From: Octopus vulgaris
Lineage: Eukaryota
Direction: 5' to 3'
NCBI GenBank assembly: GCA_951406725.2
Contig: OX597818.1
Span: forward strand, 72,788,001 to 72,852,000
DNA length: 64,000 nt
Shown here: piece after piece, positions 11,290 through 24,229 of the stretch
Position numbering within the stretch: the first letter of the stretch is position 1
Layout: every line of letters begins with the position of its first letter
Notes under the pieces: model-generated
What the model was told of the DNA's origin: nothing
Databases searched by the model: none
What the model saw: the letters and a program-made list of their open reading frames with translations, nothing else
Translations under genes and position numbers: made by a program

Positions 11290-12640
11290 GCAACATTCAG
11301 TGTTTTAGTCAGAGTAATACCTGCAGCCCGGATTTTACGTCTTGTGATTAATTTCACTTTTGCACGTACCAGGCGGTGGTCAGTCCAACATTCAGCCCCA
11401 CGAAGAACGCGAACACACTGCACATCACGTCTGTCACGCACCCTAACAAGGATGTAATTCAGAATATGCTATTCTTTAGATGCAGGATGCATCCATGTGG
11501 TCTTAAAATTATTCTTTTGTTGAAAGATGGTATTGGTAACACACAGACGAGGCTTCTTGCACATATGCAGCAGAAACATAACAGTACTATTACACTCTCC
11601 CACCCCATGCTTTCCAATTACAGTCCATGTGTTAAACCCCTACCCACTCTAGCATTAATGTCACCCAGTACGATAACTTTGTCTGCCCGAGGGATATTTC
11701 TTATAATGCCCTTCAAAGCATGGTAGAAATAAACTTTTCATCATCAATAGAGCACATAGTTGGAGCATACACACTCACCAAGGCCACATAATTTCCTTTA
11801 ACCAAAGGAATTCTTATGGACATAAGACGCTCGTTAATCCCGACTGGGAATTCTTCCAACTTGTCCACAAGAGTAGTCTTAACAGAAAATGTCACTCCAC
11901 CCTCTCCTCTAAGCACTTCATCTCTGCCTTTCCAAAAGAATGTATATTTTCCACAAGATTCTGTAAGATGACCATCTCCAGCTAATCTCGTTTCAGATAA
12001 AGCAACAACGTCAAGATGATAGCGTCGAAGCTCCTTCACAACAAGAGCAGCCCTTCGTTCAGGACATTCTAAGGACTCGCAGTCAAGCAGTGTCTGTACA
12101 TTTCAACAGCCAATATTCAATATTTTATTTGGTTCTATCACAGTAGCATGATGACGGCCGGGTTCAGACTGTGATGCTCTGGAGCCCCTGCTGGGCCAGA
12201 CTCTTTCATCTGATGTGGTTCCAGAGTCCCTACTGCCATTTATTTTTATACTGTTTTGGTACATCATTGATTGTTTGCTTTTTTAAAGCTACAGCCAGCC
12301 ATTCAGTTGATACTCATATAGCACTTTCAACAATCATCAATTAGTTAATTAATTAATTAATCAATCAATGTTGTTATCGTGCAATGCCTGTGCCAGTAGA
12401 ATATTTTTAAAGTGAAGAAAGGCTGTGCACCGAGTCAATCCCACTCAATAAGCAGCAGCAGCCATAACCCAAAAAGAAGAACAAGTCAACATCATCGGTA
12501 ACCACTGAGGCACAGGTCTTATGTAAGAGTTATCCCAGTTACCTGAGTTGCCTTCTCCTAGAAGGATGCCCTAACAAAGGCTAGAGTCCTTGAATCCCAA
12601 TGGTTTAACCGTGCGATCGGGTATTCAGTCCGATTATTTC
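11290..12640 (-). mobile_element. RTE-clade LINE 5' part (5' UTR plus APE endonuclease, frameshifted)
   Basis: 11713-12039 DVVALSETRLAG...YTFFWKG...GINERLMSIRIPL...SVYAPT; continues to RGAECWTDHRLVRAK. Confidence 0.9.
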
Positions 12641-13073
12641 TATGTCCCCACGCAAGACACAGTCATAGTCTGCATAAATTATATATATATATATATAAAT
12701 AAATATATATATTTTAAAATAGTTAAAAATTAGGCAAAAAAACGTACAATATATAAAAATATTGATATACAATATATACATAAAATATACGATATGGAAT
12801 ATATAAGATTGACATGTATACAATTTAAAAACACAATATACAATATGCACACACACACAAACACACGTAGTTCAATGGCCGTTGACTGCGTTGTAGCTCC
12901 TCTGCCTGCCTTTGACGGATCTTATTTTTGCCCCGCAGGGTGTTCAACAAGCACCAACCTCACCAAGCAAGCCTGGTGGGGTTGCCAGTTCAGTCGTTGA
13001 CGACCCTATCATGAAAAAGGTTTACTGGACTACATGGTACCAGTAACACGCAAGAGCAAACTGATATATATAT

Positions 13074-13109
<36 letters not shown>

Positions 13110-13145
13110 ATATATATATATACATATACATGTTTGTACATATAT

Positions 13146-13248
<103 letters not shown>

Positions 13249-13279
13249 CGGGTGTGTGTGATTGTGTATAGAATAATAT

Positions 13280-13530
13280 ATTAATAAAGGGAATTCCAAC
13301 CTTGTCTGATTTTCACGTTTTATTTACAATCTTATAATGATATAATATAATATAATATAATATAATATAATATAATATAATAAAATAAAATAAAATAAAA
13401 TAATAGAATGTTAAATGTTCATTCTATTATTTTATTATATTATTTTATATTATATTATATTATATTATATCATTATAAGATTGTAAATAAAACGTGAAAA
13501 TCAGACAAAGTTGGAATTCTTTTTATTAAC
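13280..13530. repeat. Fold-back palindrome (~120-bp arms, includes (ATAAT)n)
   Basis: GAATTCCAACCTTGTCTGATTTTCACGTTTTATTTACAATCTTATAATG versus CATTATAAGATTGTAAATAAAACGTGAAAATCAGACAAAGTTGGAATTC. Confidence 0.85.
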
Positions 13531-13554
13531 GTATATATATATACATATATATAT

Positions 13555-13745
13555 AACGGGAAGGTTTACGAAAATAAACAAAAGACGAAGGCAGGTGGAG
13601 TACAAACAAACAATATATTAGTATGGCGCTCAGGAATAGAAATAAAACAAATATTTTACGTTTCGAGCCTACGCTCTTCAACAGAAAGATACACAGCAAA
13701 GAAACAAGGAGAGAAACAAGGAGAGAAAAATTTGCGTGTAGGGGC
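13555..13745 (-). mobile_element. PLE 3'-end fragment, GAAGAGCGTAGGCTCGAAACGT family
   Basis: Matches 5395-5577; (TA)n on both sides. Confidence 0.75.
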
Positions 13746-13984
13746 TAAATATATATATATACGTATATACATATATATACATATATATACACATATATAT
13801 ATGCACATATATACATGCATATGTATGTATATATATGTATATATAGAAATTAAATAATGAGGGTAGAAATTAATATTAATTAACACCAATTTAAACCAGT
13901 GGCTTAGCATATTTAAAATAATCCGAAGTTTAAAAATTATATTACATCAAAATATAGGAGGAATGGCCACCAAAGTAGATTCCT

Positions 13985-14445
13985 TTGGGATATTATTCAT
14001 TTTCGTCATTAAACGTTCATTTTTTGCGTTTACAACTACAAGGTGGGCTGAATGGTTAAAAATAATATCCCTTTTGGGGGTCTGAATAATTTTTTTCCGT
14101 ACTTATTTCAATGTCGGACTCGGTGGTACAGACTGACGATTTTTCCTCTTTTGTCTTTTCTTCTTCCTCTGTTGTTGTTATTCCCCTGCTGTATTTTCTA
14201 ACATTTCTCCTTCCGTTTCTTCTGTTGTTCTTGTTGATGGTTCTGATGATGATGGCGATGTTGTCGCTTCTGGGGATTCTTCTGAAAGTGGGAGATTCGG
14301 TGCTTCCTTGAGAGGAGGCTTGCACTCGGCTTTGACATGGCCAACCTTTTCACATATAAAGCACCGAGGCATTACCATGTTCACGAAATGTGAGCGAGGT
14401 CGAACCCTACACGCTATACTTGTCTTTTGAAAAGAGAGTGGTGTT
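13985..14445 (-). mobile_element. Tx1/L1-like ORF1 fragment (CCHC knuckle)
   Basis: MPRCFICEKVGHVKAECKPP at 14178-14384. Confidence 0.65.
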
Positions 14446-14566
14446 GTGGTTCAGTGATGTATTCCTGATGTCAAATTATTTAGAAATTTGATAGAAATCC
14501 ATATAATCTCAATATCGCGTGTGAAACAAGTAATCCTTTACAGTGCGACGTTTCCTTTGTATTTCA

Positions 14567-14620
<54 letters not shown>

Positions 14621-14621
14621 C

Positions 14622-14670
<49 letters not shown>

Positions 14671-14742
14671 ATTTTTTGCGTAATGAGATAAAAAAACCCA
14701 AGGTTGTGTAGATATTAGGACATTTATAGATAGAAGGTCTTA

Positions 14743-14919
14743 CGGATCTTTTCCTTTTGATGGACGGAATTTTCTAGTTAACTAAACAATTTGAAACTTC
14801 GTATACTGGTAGAAGGTGTCAAAAGAAAACATTATTGTAAACAAAATTGAAAACAAAATTGTAATTTGTAAGTTTAACCTAGTTTAATTCTTCGAAAAGC
14901 ATAAAAAGTAAAAGATCCG
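14743..14919. mobile_element. 177-bp MITE, 16-bp TIR, 6-bp TSD GTCTTA
   Basis: GTCTTA(14737-14742)|CGGATCTTTTCCTTTT...AAAAGTAAAAGATCCG|GTCTTA(14920-14925). Confidence 0.85.
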
Positions 14920-14973
14920 GTCTTACACCTGTTTCCAAGATATTTATTAATTATATCCCTTCATCGGAGACGG
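14920..14973 (-). ncRNA. Minimal type I hammerhead (CCGATGA core)
   Basis: Minus strand GTCT-CCGATGA-AGGGATAT...ATATCTTG-GAAAC-AGGT-GTA-AGAC. Confidence 0.65.
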
Positions 14974-16870
14974 TGTGAGAGAATAGTCAAGTCATAGTTT
15001 AGATATGATACAAAATAGAGAGTGAAGTGGAGGAAAGAAAATAGATGCAAGATATGTAGGGGTATTGAAGTTGTAGATCCATATTTTAGACAGAATAGTA
15101 TACATGTAAGATTCCAATACCTTATGAGTAAAGCTCAACAGAATTTAAAATGGGTCCTTCCAAATATAGAGTTTATGCCTTATGAGTGAGATCCATCAGT
15201 CTTTAAACTTGGTAATTCCAAGTACAGAATTTATACACAGTGTTGTAGAGTCAAAGGTTTTATTTAAAGTGACCTAAAAATAGGGAGTGTATAGTAGGGT
15301 CAAATCGGAAACAGGAAGAGAGGAATAAAGAAAGAGAATAAATAGAAGAGAGAGAAAATTAAAGGGGAGAGAAAAGAGAAAGAAGAAGAAGAAGAAGAAG
15401 AAGAAGAAGAAGAAGAAGAAGAAGAAGAAGAAGAAGAAGAAGAAGAAGAAGAAGAAGAAGAAGAAGAAGAAGAAGAAGAAGAAGAAGAAGAAGAAGAAGA
15501 AGAAGAAGAAGAAGGTAAGAAAAAGTAATAAATAATAACAAAATAATAAAAAATTAAACCCTGAAGAGAGGAATAAAGGGAATAAAGACAAAAGAAAAAT
15601 GAAGATATAGATAAGTCAGTGGTCATTGGAGATAATTTGAAAGCAGGAGCGGGGAGATAAAGGGTGAAAGAGAGAGAACTGTGTTATAGTGTAAAAGGAT
15701 AGAAGGAATTGGGGTGGTGGTAAAAGGTAAAGTAATGACAAATGTGTAGTGGTAGAGTCTAAGTGTAGGGGCAGAGAGAGTTAGTAGTATGAAGAATTAA
15801 GGAATTTTATGTTTAGCAGTTCAGTGCTTAGTAATATAAGAAAATATATATGTGAAGATGTATACACATGTATATATCAGACATGTTACGCATACAACCC
15901 TTACTCGCATGCATATGCACACTCACGCATACGTGCATCTGCATGTATAATCTAGCGTTCCTAATAGAAATTATTGAGAAAATTCTGAAAAATCTGAAAA
16001 GCTAGTAACTGGGAAAAATCTATTTTAATACACACTATACTGCACACGACCTATACAATACTCTCTTCTTTTGTTTGAAAGTCTAAAATTAGAACATATA
16101 CAAACATACATACATACATACATACATACATACATACATACATACATACACACACACATGCATGCACGGGCAAACACAGACATCTTATATATATGTATAT
16201 ATATATATATGTTTATATATGTGAATCTCTCTATCTCTCTTTACATACATAAATGCTTACGTATATTGTACTTTACTGGTACAATCCATCCGACGAGCTT
16301 CTATACACTTTCTCTTTACTCGATTTTACTCTATGTTATAGCACTACTCCAAATGATAGGACTACCTTAATCAATACTACCACGCTGGTACATTTTGTTT
16401 GCAAAGCAAACTTCTTAGCCATGTGGGAAACAATGCCTGTGCACCTACCTTCGTATCGATGAATCCATACTTGCATATACGGTTGATTTGTTGAAAAAAA
16501 TCATAAATTTGAACAGTAAAAAAACTTATTTTTATATTTGTGGTAAAAGTAAAACAATATTTGAGTCGATAGCTTCTATATATTTTTCATTTGTAAAGAG
16601 CAGAAACCAACCTGGAAGTGTTTCATGTCCCTTGGAGCTATTGTTTTGAAAACGGAGAGAAAACGTCTCATTGTATGATACTGATTAAGAAGGAAATTAA
16701 AGAATGAAAAAATATATTAAATGATAAATTTAGTTGGCATTATAGTTCTGATTCCACAAAACGTGCCAAAAGCCGGTATGTCTACGGTTATACATAAATA
16801 TATACATATGTGTATGCATACTCACATACCTATACCTACACTCGCTAACTTTGTATATCCGTATTACATT

Positions 16871-16902
<32 letters not shown>

Positions 16903-16979
16903 TGATAGTGTGTTTATATTTTAAATACATAATTATGCCTCTCTCCCTCCTCTCTCTCTCCGTAAATACGCACACACAA

Positions 16980-17010
<31 letters not shown>

Positions 17011-17524
17011 TGTTATGTTGATACGTTTAAAATCCAAGCTGTTTCCTCTTGAAGTACATCAGCTTATTTTAGTATTGCAAAACCGTATGTAGATGTCATT
17101 TATTAAGAGTTGTTGAAAAGAGTTGAAAGTACTGGAAAATATTTTTTGCAGTGTAATAATGTAACGACAAGAGATTTACCAAAACCTTTACTATTCACCT
17201 ATTTTGATACATACATACATACATACATACATACATACATACATACATACATACATACACACATACATACACACATACATACATACATACATACATACAT
17301 ACATACATACATACATACATACATACATACATACATACATACATACATACATCCGATTTTAAAATTTCTTATTTGCAAACTCTGCACTTTTCTACACTTG
17401 ATCTTTCGCCCAGATAATTTTTTCAGATAGAGCATAACTTTATTGATCATTCTGTTTTCATATAACGTCTCACTTTCTCTCTACATAACATCACAATATC
17501 CCAATGTACTGTAAAATGTAAAGT

Positions 17525-17680
17525 CCTTTTCCGAGTCATATAGACTCATAGGGGTGGTTTCCCGCTTTCCAGGGGTTATTTATTCCCCACCTAGATGGGA
17601 TGCCGGTCGGCTGCAGGGTTACCCAGAATTACCAGCTGAGTACACTGAAATGAAGTGTATTGCTCAAGAACACAAACCTC
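17525..17680 (-). mobile_element. Old SINE fragment (family of 28403 and 62250)
   Basis: Minus strand GTGTTCTTGAGCAATACACTT...AACCCTGC...GGCATCCCATC. Confidence 0.55.
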
Positions 17681-20600
17681 CAGAACATAAATCATTTTAT
17701 GGAGGTCTTATTTAAGAAAATTTACAACTGATTTTTTTTCTGAAATGAAAGAGCCAAAGTGTCTGACGTTGAATGCATAAATAAAATTCTGTATATTCTT
17801 TCCATTTTATATTTCATAATACGTGTATTTTATATTTAAAACCATAAATTAATACATTCACAAACACACACACACCCTCTGTATATATGCATTCGTATAC
17901 ATATATGTGTATGCGTGCGCGCACCCGCATACGCATTCACGCACACGTAATCACAAACATAAACACGCACGCACGCACGCATGCTCACAAATAAACGCAT
18001 AAGCGCGTGTACATACACACACACACCCTCACGTATATGTATAATACTTGATGGATTCATCCAGCATGGCAGGTTTATTCATAAGTTGTCATTCTTCAAA
18101 TTATAATACCTAAAGAAGTAATTGCACTCTAAGTTTATTGGACGATTTGCATAACTTCGTATGTAATATGAGATAAATGGCGCTCATTTACACGAATATC
18201 TGCAAATACATCTGTTAATTAACTGCTCCTACGATTCAAAATGTTCGAAGTATTCACTCATGTTTAAAGATGACACATTTATTGAAATCCGTACATCTTT
18301 ACCAACTTCCTTTCCCATGACAATGCAAGATAAAACCGATTGAAATTTAGTGTTGATGCAAATATGATAAAACGAGTATTCATTTCCATTGATGAGATTA
18401 CAAGTCGGGTAGAAATGTTATCCGAAATATAGTACTAAATTGCAAAACTTTTTATTGTACTTAATATTTATCAATGCTCTGTTAGTTCCATTAAACTTTC
18501 ACACTGCTGAATTTGTCCCTATGCACAGAACAGTTACTGATTGAGAAGCGTCTGGCAATCACTTTCTTTGTCACGTATCGAAGCATTAGAAATTGGTGAT
18601 TCCGTTCTTACCATATATTGAGTCGAAATGCAAAATTCAGCACTGTGATGTTTAGAACACAACATACACAAAAAGTTATCAATCAATCTTATAACAATCT
18701 TATAACACTCCAACACTATATGTAATATATATGATACAAGATATAATTGAAGAAATTATTCATTGGAAACCAGTCCTCATCTGATATATATTATATCTAT
18801 TGGAAACACAAGGACTGAAAGTCTAATGCAAATCTGGCGGAATGTTAACAATGATTTGAACAATATCCATGATTATAAAGTAGATAACGTCAAGTAATAA
18901 TAAATATTGGCTTAACGTTAATTAAAGAAACGTGGAAAGACTCATGATCATTTCTATAACCACGAAACCGGTGGTGAGTAAGAGGAAGAAATCATAACCC
19001 AAATGACTTACCGTACAATTTCAATCATGTTCACTCATAAGACATTGCTCAACCGGCAATAGGAGAGAAAACATTTCCCAAATTTGGGACCGAATCTTAC
19101 TCAAGTGCATCCATCTTGATTTTACTAGCCGAGATGTATATATAACTTTATATAGCTCGCAAAATGTGATACTGTATAGCAGTAATCGTACTATGACCAA
19201 ATGGGTAAATAAATCTGTTCTCAAACAAAGAGTTTCCGAATCTTATCCCACGCCATAACTTTCAGAAATCCTGTTCTATAGCCTGGGGTAGCTCAATTCT
19301 TTGTGAGTAAAATCTTGTAGACGAACACACTACAGAAGCCCATTGAAGGGACTGTATCTGTATAAATACGCTTTCTAATTGTAAAGACTAATAACATTTA
19401 GTTCAACGAAGCATAATTCATGTCAGCATACCCAATATATAGCCCAATACCGTATAATAATATACAATGTTATTCGATAAATCTGTTAAGAAACAAATAT
19501 GTTTATATAAAGTAATGTGCAGTATAACCCTACTACAGCACTATTTATAATACAACACTATTTACCTATATATAGCATAACGAAATATACCAATATTTTC
19601 TAGTATAAAACATACACAGTCCTGTCTCTTCTAATTCACTGCTTTTTCCCTTGGCTGTATGCAATAAAAGCATAAATTTACTATACCAAACATTGTCGAT
19701 TAATCGATAAATAGTTTGCTGTAGGGAAATCAATAGGTTTGCTTGAACACATAATTTAAATGTCATTTGATTGTTTATCCTGAGATTAAAGATTAGCTGA
19801 AGCTATCAGACAGCGACAAGGTACCTTGCACACATGTAAGTAAATATTAAACCTGGTTTCTCACTATTTGTAAAAACATTTATGATTATTGGATATTTCC
19901 TTAAGAATATATGTCTTCTACTCATTATAGAGACCGTCCTGAACGTTATTTACAATATTTAAATCTATGCTCAGTGGCAGATTAGACAGGGGTCATATTT
20001 TACCGTCCAACTCCTACTCTGATTTATAAAACAAACAGTACTTGAGTTAAATATACTGACTTTCAAATTGCTAGAGGTAACAGCTAAACTTCTCCCGAAT
20101 AACACTTTACCGTCTTATAAAACAGTAATGCAGACAATTTTCTTAGATACAGAATATATAAAAATAAATGACATTATGGGTCTCATCAGGATTGTGTTGA
20201 GGTTTGAAAACAAGAACCATCAACGTAAAAAGAAACAAGAAAGAAAGCATTGATCGCCCCAACATCATCACGTACCACTACTCCCATCTAACATTAACAC
20301 TGCTATCGTCAGAATGTAGATGGTCTAGTTCAGCAAAAACAATAGCAGAATACTACATATACACAAGGTCAAGTAAAGTAGGCGAAAGATAAAATTGATC
20401 ACATTATATGTTAGTATTTGTCTTTCTTTTAGAAGTAAACTCAACAATAAAATCGAGTCTAATATTTGAACTACTGTGTCTCACTTGTGTAACAAATTGT
20501 TAAAATGAACTTATTCAGAGACAAGAAAATATTTGTGGATTACAGCTGGTTTCCATTATCAAACAGGCATTGTTTTTAGTCTGGTTTAATAGCTTTCAAG

Positions 20601-21409
20601 GTGTTTGTGTGTATATAACTTATTTATTCTAATTTAGTAGATTATTGGCGCCGCAAATTACTTTACTTGTATATTAAGTTTCAACAAGTATAAAGTCAAG
20701 ATTTCAATCTCATTTGTCATACTGTCAATCTAAATATTCATCAAATAAGACATTTTCAGGAAAATACTGTAAGTGCAATGTATTTATTGCTTTATTTTTA
20801 CATCAAATCATCTCTGTGGAATGTTGATAGTAAATTTCCTCTAGATTCGTATAGAATTTCTGGTAAAACGATAGTATGAAATAAACATATCAAAGTAGAG
20901 GTGGATTTTCTCGACGTAGAACGATTTTATATTTTTGATATGTACGATAAGGAAAACTCAGCAAGACACTGTACGAGCTCTGACATTCTTATCGTTAATA
21001 TTCGCTTGATCGTCTCATTCGAATTAAATGCAGATAACTCGACAACGATTAAAATTATATGGATGAACTCAAGGCTCGACACCACAGTGTATCAATGTGC
21101 GTATTAAACATATATAGTTATATGACACTCATTTAACTCACATGCATATAAATATGTATCCATATATATGTGTGTGTGAATGTGATTGTATGAGAAAGCG
21201 TAAGCATGTATGTATGTGTGAGTATCTGTATGTATGTGTGTATGTATGTATGTATGTATGACGTATGTATGTATACGTGCAGATTTGTATGTTTTGTTTT
21301 CTTTATGTCTTCTCATGCATATACTTGCATATCTAGACATGTTCATTTATGCTACAATAATAAACATGTAGAAAATTTTACAGATTTTTACATTTCCGGT
21401 GATGGCTTG

Positions 21410-22330
21410 GTTTTGTAGTCTTCGAATTAGCTTTTTTTCCTTTCTGGTTTTGAGAAGCCTAATTTCTCAAGATTGGTATTTAGGCAATGTGTTACATATA
21501 CCAGTGTCCCAATAATTACAGTTATAAACCCGATATTGTCATCTGAATAGAGTAACTGCAGATTTCTCAACAGGTCAGCGTAAGTAGTCTCTTTTTCATT
21601 GATCTTCAGCTTTATGTTATGATTCCCTGGGGAGCTGGTTTCCATAATTGTACACAGTTTCTCTTCTCTATCTCAAATTATTAAATAAAGTCTTTTGTGT
21701 TTACATTCATTAGAGTTTTCACTTGGACATTCCCCAGTACTCCTTTTTATTTTGAGCGGCTATGGCGTCCACATTGTGGTTATCCTTTCGACGGACTTGG
21801 TTTTATAGGATCCAAGCTACAGCATCATGTCTCATCAGCAGATCATACCATGATGACATTTTCGGACAACTGTTTATGATGGGGTTGATATCTTCGGTGT
21901 TAACTCCAAAAAGTATGCATCGGTTGTCACATGTTGCTGCATTTTTTGCATCTCCCAATACGTTTTGGGCATCAGATATTTGGATAATATTTCCTGTTCC
22001 TGGATTGCAAACGCATACCCTTCAAAGTGGGAGTTAGTAATTCAGTTTTTGGTTCATGATAGACTGCTTTGATGATCAGTGTTACTCTCATCCCGAAGCT
22101 TTCTACTAACGTATCCATGCATGGTCATCTACTCATATACGCTCATCCTTTCTTCTGATGATATGTTGCAGTAGTCATGCAATTTCTTTGGGCATGTATT
22201 TAAGTTTATCAGACAAGGAATGCTGCTGAAGGAGCTACCTTCCAAGTTTTATGGTGTTATCAGCCTCATGTATGCAAACTTGATCAAGGGATGCACTTCA
22301 ACACTTCGCGGTTAAAAGATGATACGACAT
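21410..22330 (-). mobile_element. Degenerate R4/Dong-like RLE non-LTR retrotransposon fragment
   Basis: KINEKETTYADLLRNLQLLY...ITVIIGTL resembles the RLE C-terminus at 54851-55075; (AAT)n adjacent at ~22352. Confidence 0.6.
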
Positions 22331-22639
22331 TCAAAGGCAGATTATATATTCAATAATAATAAAGGGTAAACATTAATTGATTAATTAATAATTAATAATT
22401 TTACCAAGTAGTTCCGTATGTTAAAAGAACCTTTATCGGTAACCTTATACAAAAATTCACGTAGGCATTTTTTTCTCTTTACCTACGTGAATTAAGAGTA
22501 TTGCTGTCTGGGATATATCTTATGGTAGAGGAATAGAATTTAACTGCTATTTCTAAGTTTCGGTATGTGGTGAAGCAATATGCTGAACACTAATTATAAG
22601 TATAGAATTTTGGCATATATATATATATATATATATATT

Positions 22640-22809
22640 AGGCGCAGGTGTGGCTGTGTGGTAAGTAGCTTGTTACCAACCACATGGTTCCAGGTTCAGT
22701 CCCACTGCGTGGCACCTTGGGCTAGTGTCTTCAACTGTAGCTTCGGGCCGACCAAATCCTTGTGAGTGGATTTGGTAGACGGAAACTGAAAGAAGCCCGT
22801 CGTATATAT

Positions 22810-22842
<33 letters not shown>

Positions 22843-23043
22843 CGTTTGTGTGTCTGTGTTTGACCCCCTAGCATTGCTTGACAACCGATGCTGGTGTGTT
22901 TATGTCCCCGTCACTTAACGGTTTGGCAAAAGAGACCGATAGAATAAGTACTGGGCTTCCAAAGAATAAGTCCCGAGGTCGAGTTGCTCGATTAAAGGCG
23001 GTGCTCCAGCATGGCCGCAGTCAAATGACTGAAACAAGTAAAA
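22640..23043 (+). mobile_element. Full-length tRNA-derived SINE
   Basis: A-box TGGCTGTGTGG, B-box-like GGTTCAGTCCC, internal (TA)/(TG) tract, shared 3' end GTCAAATGACTGAAACAAGTAA. Confidence 0.9.
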
Positions 23044-23064
23044 AAATACATACATATATATGTG

Positions 23065-23450
23065 CATCAACAACAGATTGCATTCCCAGAATATAGAATG
23101 ATACCATTTATATATACTATATATATATCGGATCATATACTGAACAAGAAACATTCTTCATTGAAAGTACAAACCCAGACTCAACCATCCGAACATACTG
23201 ACACAGAGAAATTAACAAGGAAAAGGAAAAAAATTTAAGCGATTATCTCCCCTACACCGGAAAAATCATCACTACCTCCCTTATAGAAATCTCCTGAAAT
23301 AAAAACAACGATAATTCCATGCAATATAAACATAACGTCACAAGAAATTTGAAAAGCTACACGCGAAACCGGTAATTTCTTTAAAAATTTTAAAATTATG
23401 TCATTTTAAGGAAGGAAAAAATTTTATATTTCCAGACATTTTGACACAAA
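23065..23450 (+). mobile_element. PLE 3' end (GIY-YIG C-terminal remnant plus HHR)
   Basis: GAACAAGAAACATTCTTCATT...TACAAACCCAGACTCAAC reads EQETFFI...YKPRLN across a frameshift, like the end of ORF 7280-7810. Confidence 0.65.
23342..23381 (+). ncRNA. 40-nt minimal type I hammerhead, U3-A8 core variant
   Basis: AAGAAAT-TTGAAAA-GC TACAC GC-GAAAC-CG-GTA-ATTTCTT; perfect 7-bp stem I, 2-bp stem II, palindromic stem III ACCGGT. Confidence 0.78.
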
Positions 23451-23523
23451 TATATATATTTTTTAACATTTAAGCCTTCTGTCGTTTTCACACTTTACTA
23501 TTTTCTTATATAAATATATATAT

Positions 23524-23610
<87 letters not shown>

Positions 23611-23613
<3 letters not shown>

Positions 23614-23782
23614 CGCAGGAGTGGCTGTGTGGTAAGTAGCTTGCTAACCAACCACATGGTTCCGGGTTCAGTCCCACTGCGTGGAATCTTGGACAAGTGT
23701 TTTCTGCTATAGCCCCGGGCCGACTAATACCTTGTGAGTGGATTTGGTAGACGGAAACTGAAAGAAGCCTGGCGTATATATG

Positions 23783-23834
<52 letters not shown>

Positions 23835-24001
23835 TGTGTTTGTCTCTCTAGCATTGCTTGACAACCGTCCCCGTCACTTAGCAAAAGAGACCGATAGAAT
23901 AAGTACTGGGCTTACAAAGAATAAGTCCCGGGGTCGATTTGCTCGACTAAAGGCGGTGCTCCAGCATGGCTGCAGTCAAATAACTGAAACAAGTAAAAGA
24001 G
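23611..24001 (+). mobile_element. Full-length tRNA-derived SINE
   Basis: Near-identical to 22640 and 63066. Confidence 0.9.
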
Positions 24002-24023
24002 TATATAAATGTATATATATCTA

Positions 24024-24079
<56 letters not shown>

Positions 24080-24102
24080 CATATCTATAAATATTTATAT
24101 GC

Positions 24103-24153
<51 letters not shown>

Positions 24154-24229
24154 TCAGTAATATTAATACGCTAACTTTGTTTTTGTACGTAACTGTGTTG
24201 CATGTCACACTTCAGAGTGGCAAAGCGAG

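Larger units (their letters stand above)
14690..15840 (-). mobile_element. PLE-type 3' region with HHR, containing (GAA)n 15378-15513 and interrupted by a MITE
   Basis: HHR at 14920-14973; sequence is continuous across the MITE; ends near (TA)n. Confidence 0.6.

Noticed and set aside
12480-13070. Twister or HDV-like ribozyme in the RTE 5' UTR region
   Set aside because: Expected for some RTEs, but I could not assemble the required pseudoknots by eye.
22640-22715. tRNA-like A/B boxes
   Set aside because: SINE heads, not tRNA genes; no full cloverleaf, and each is followed by the SINE body.
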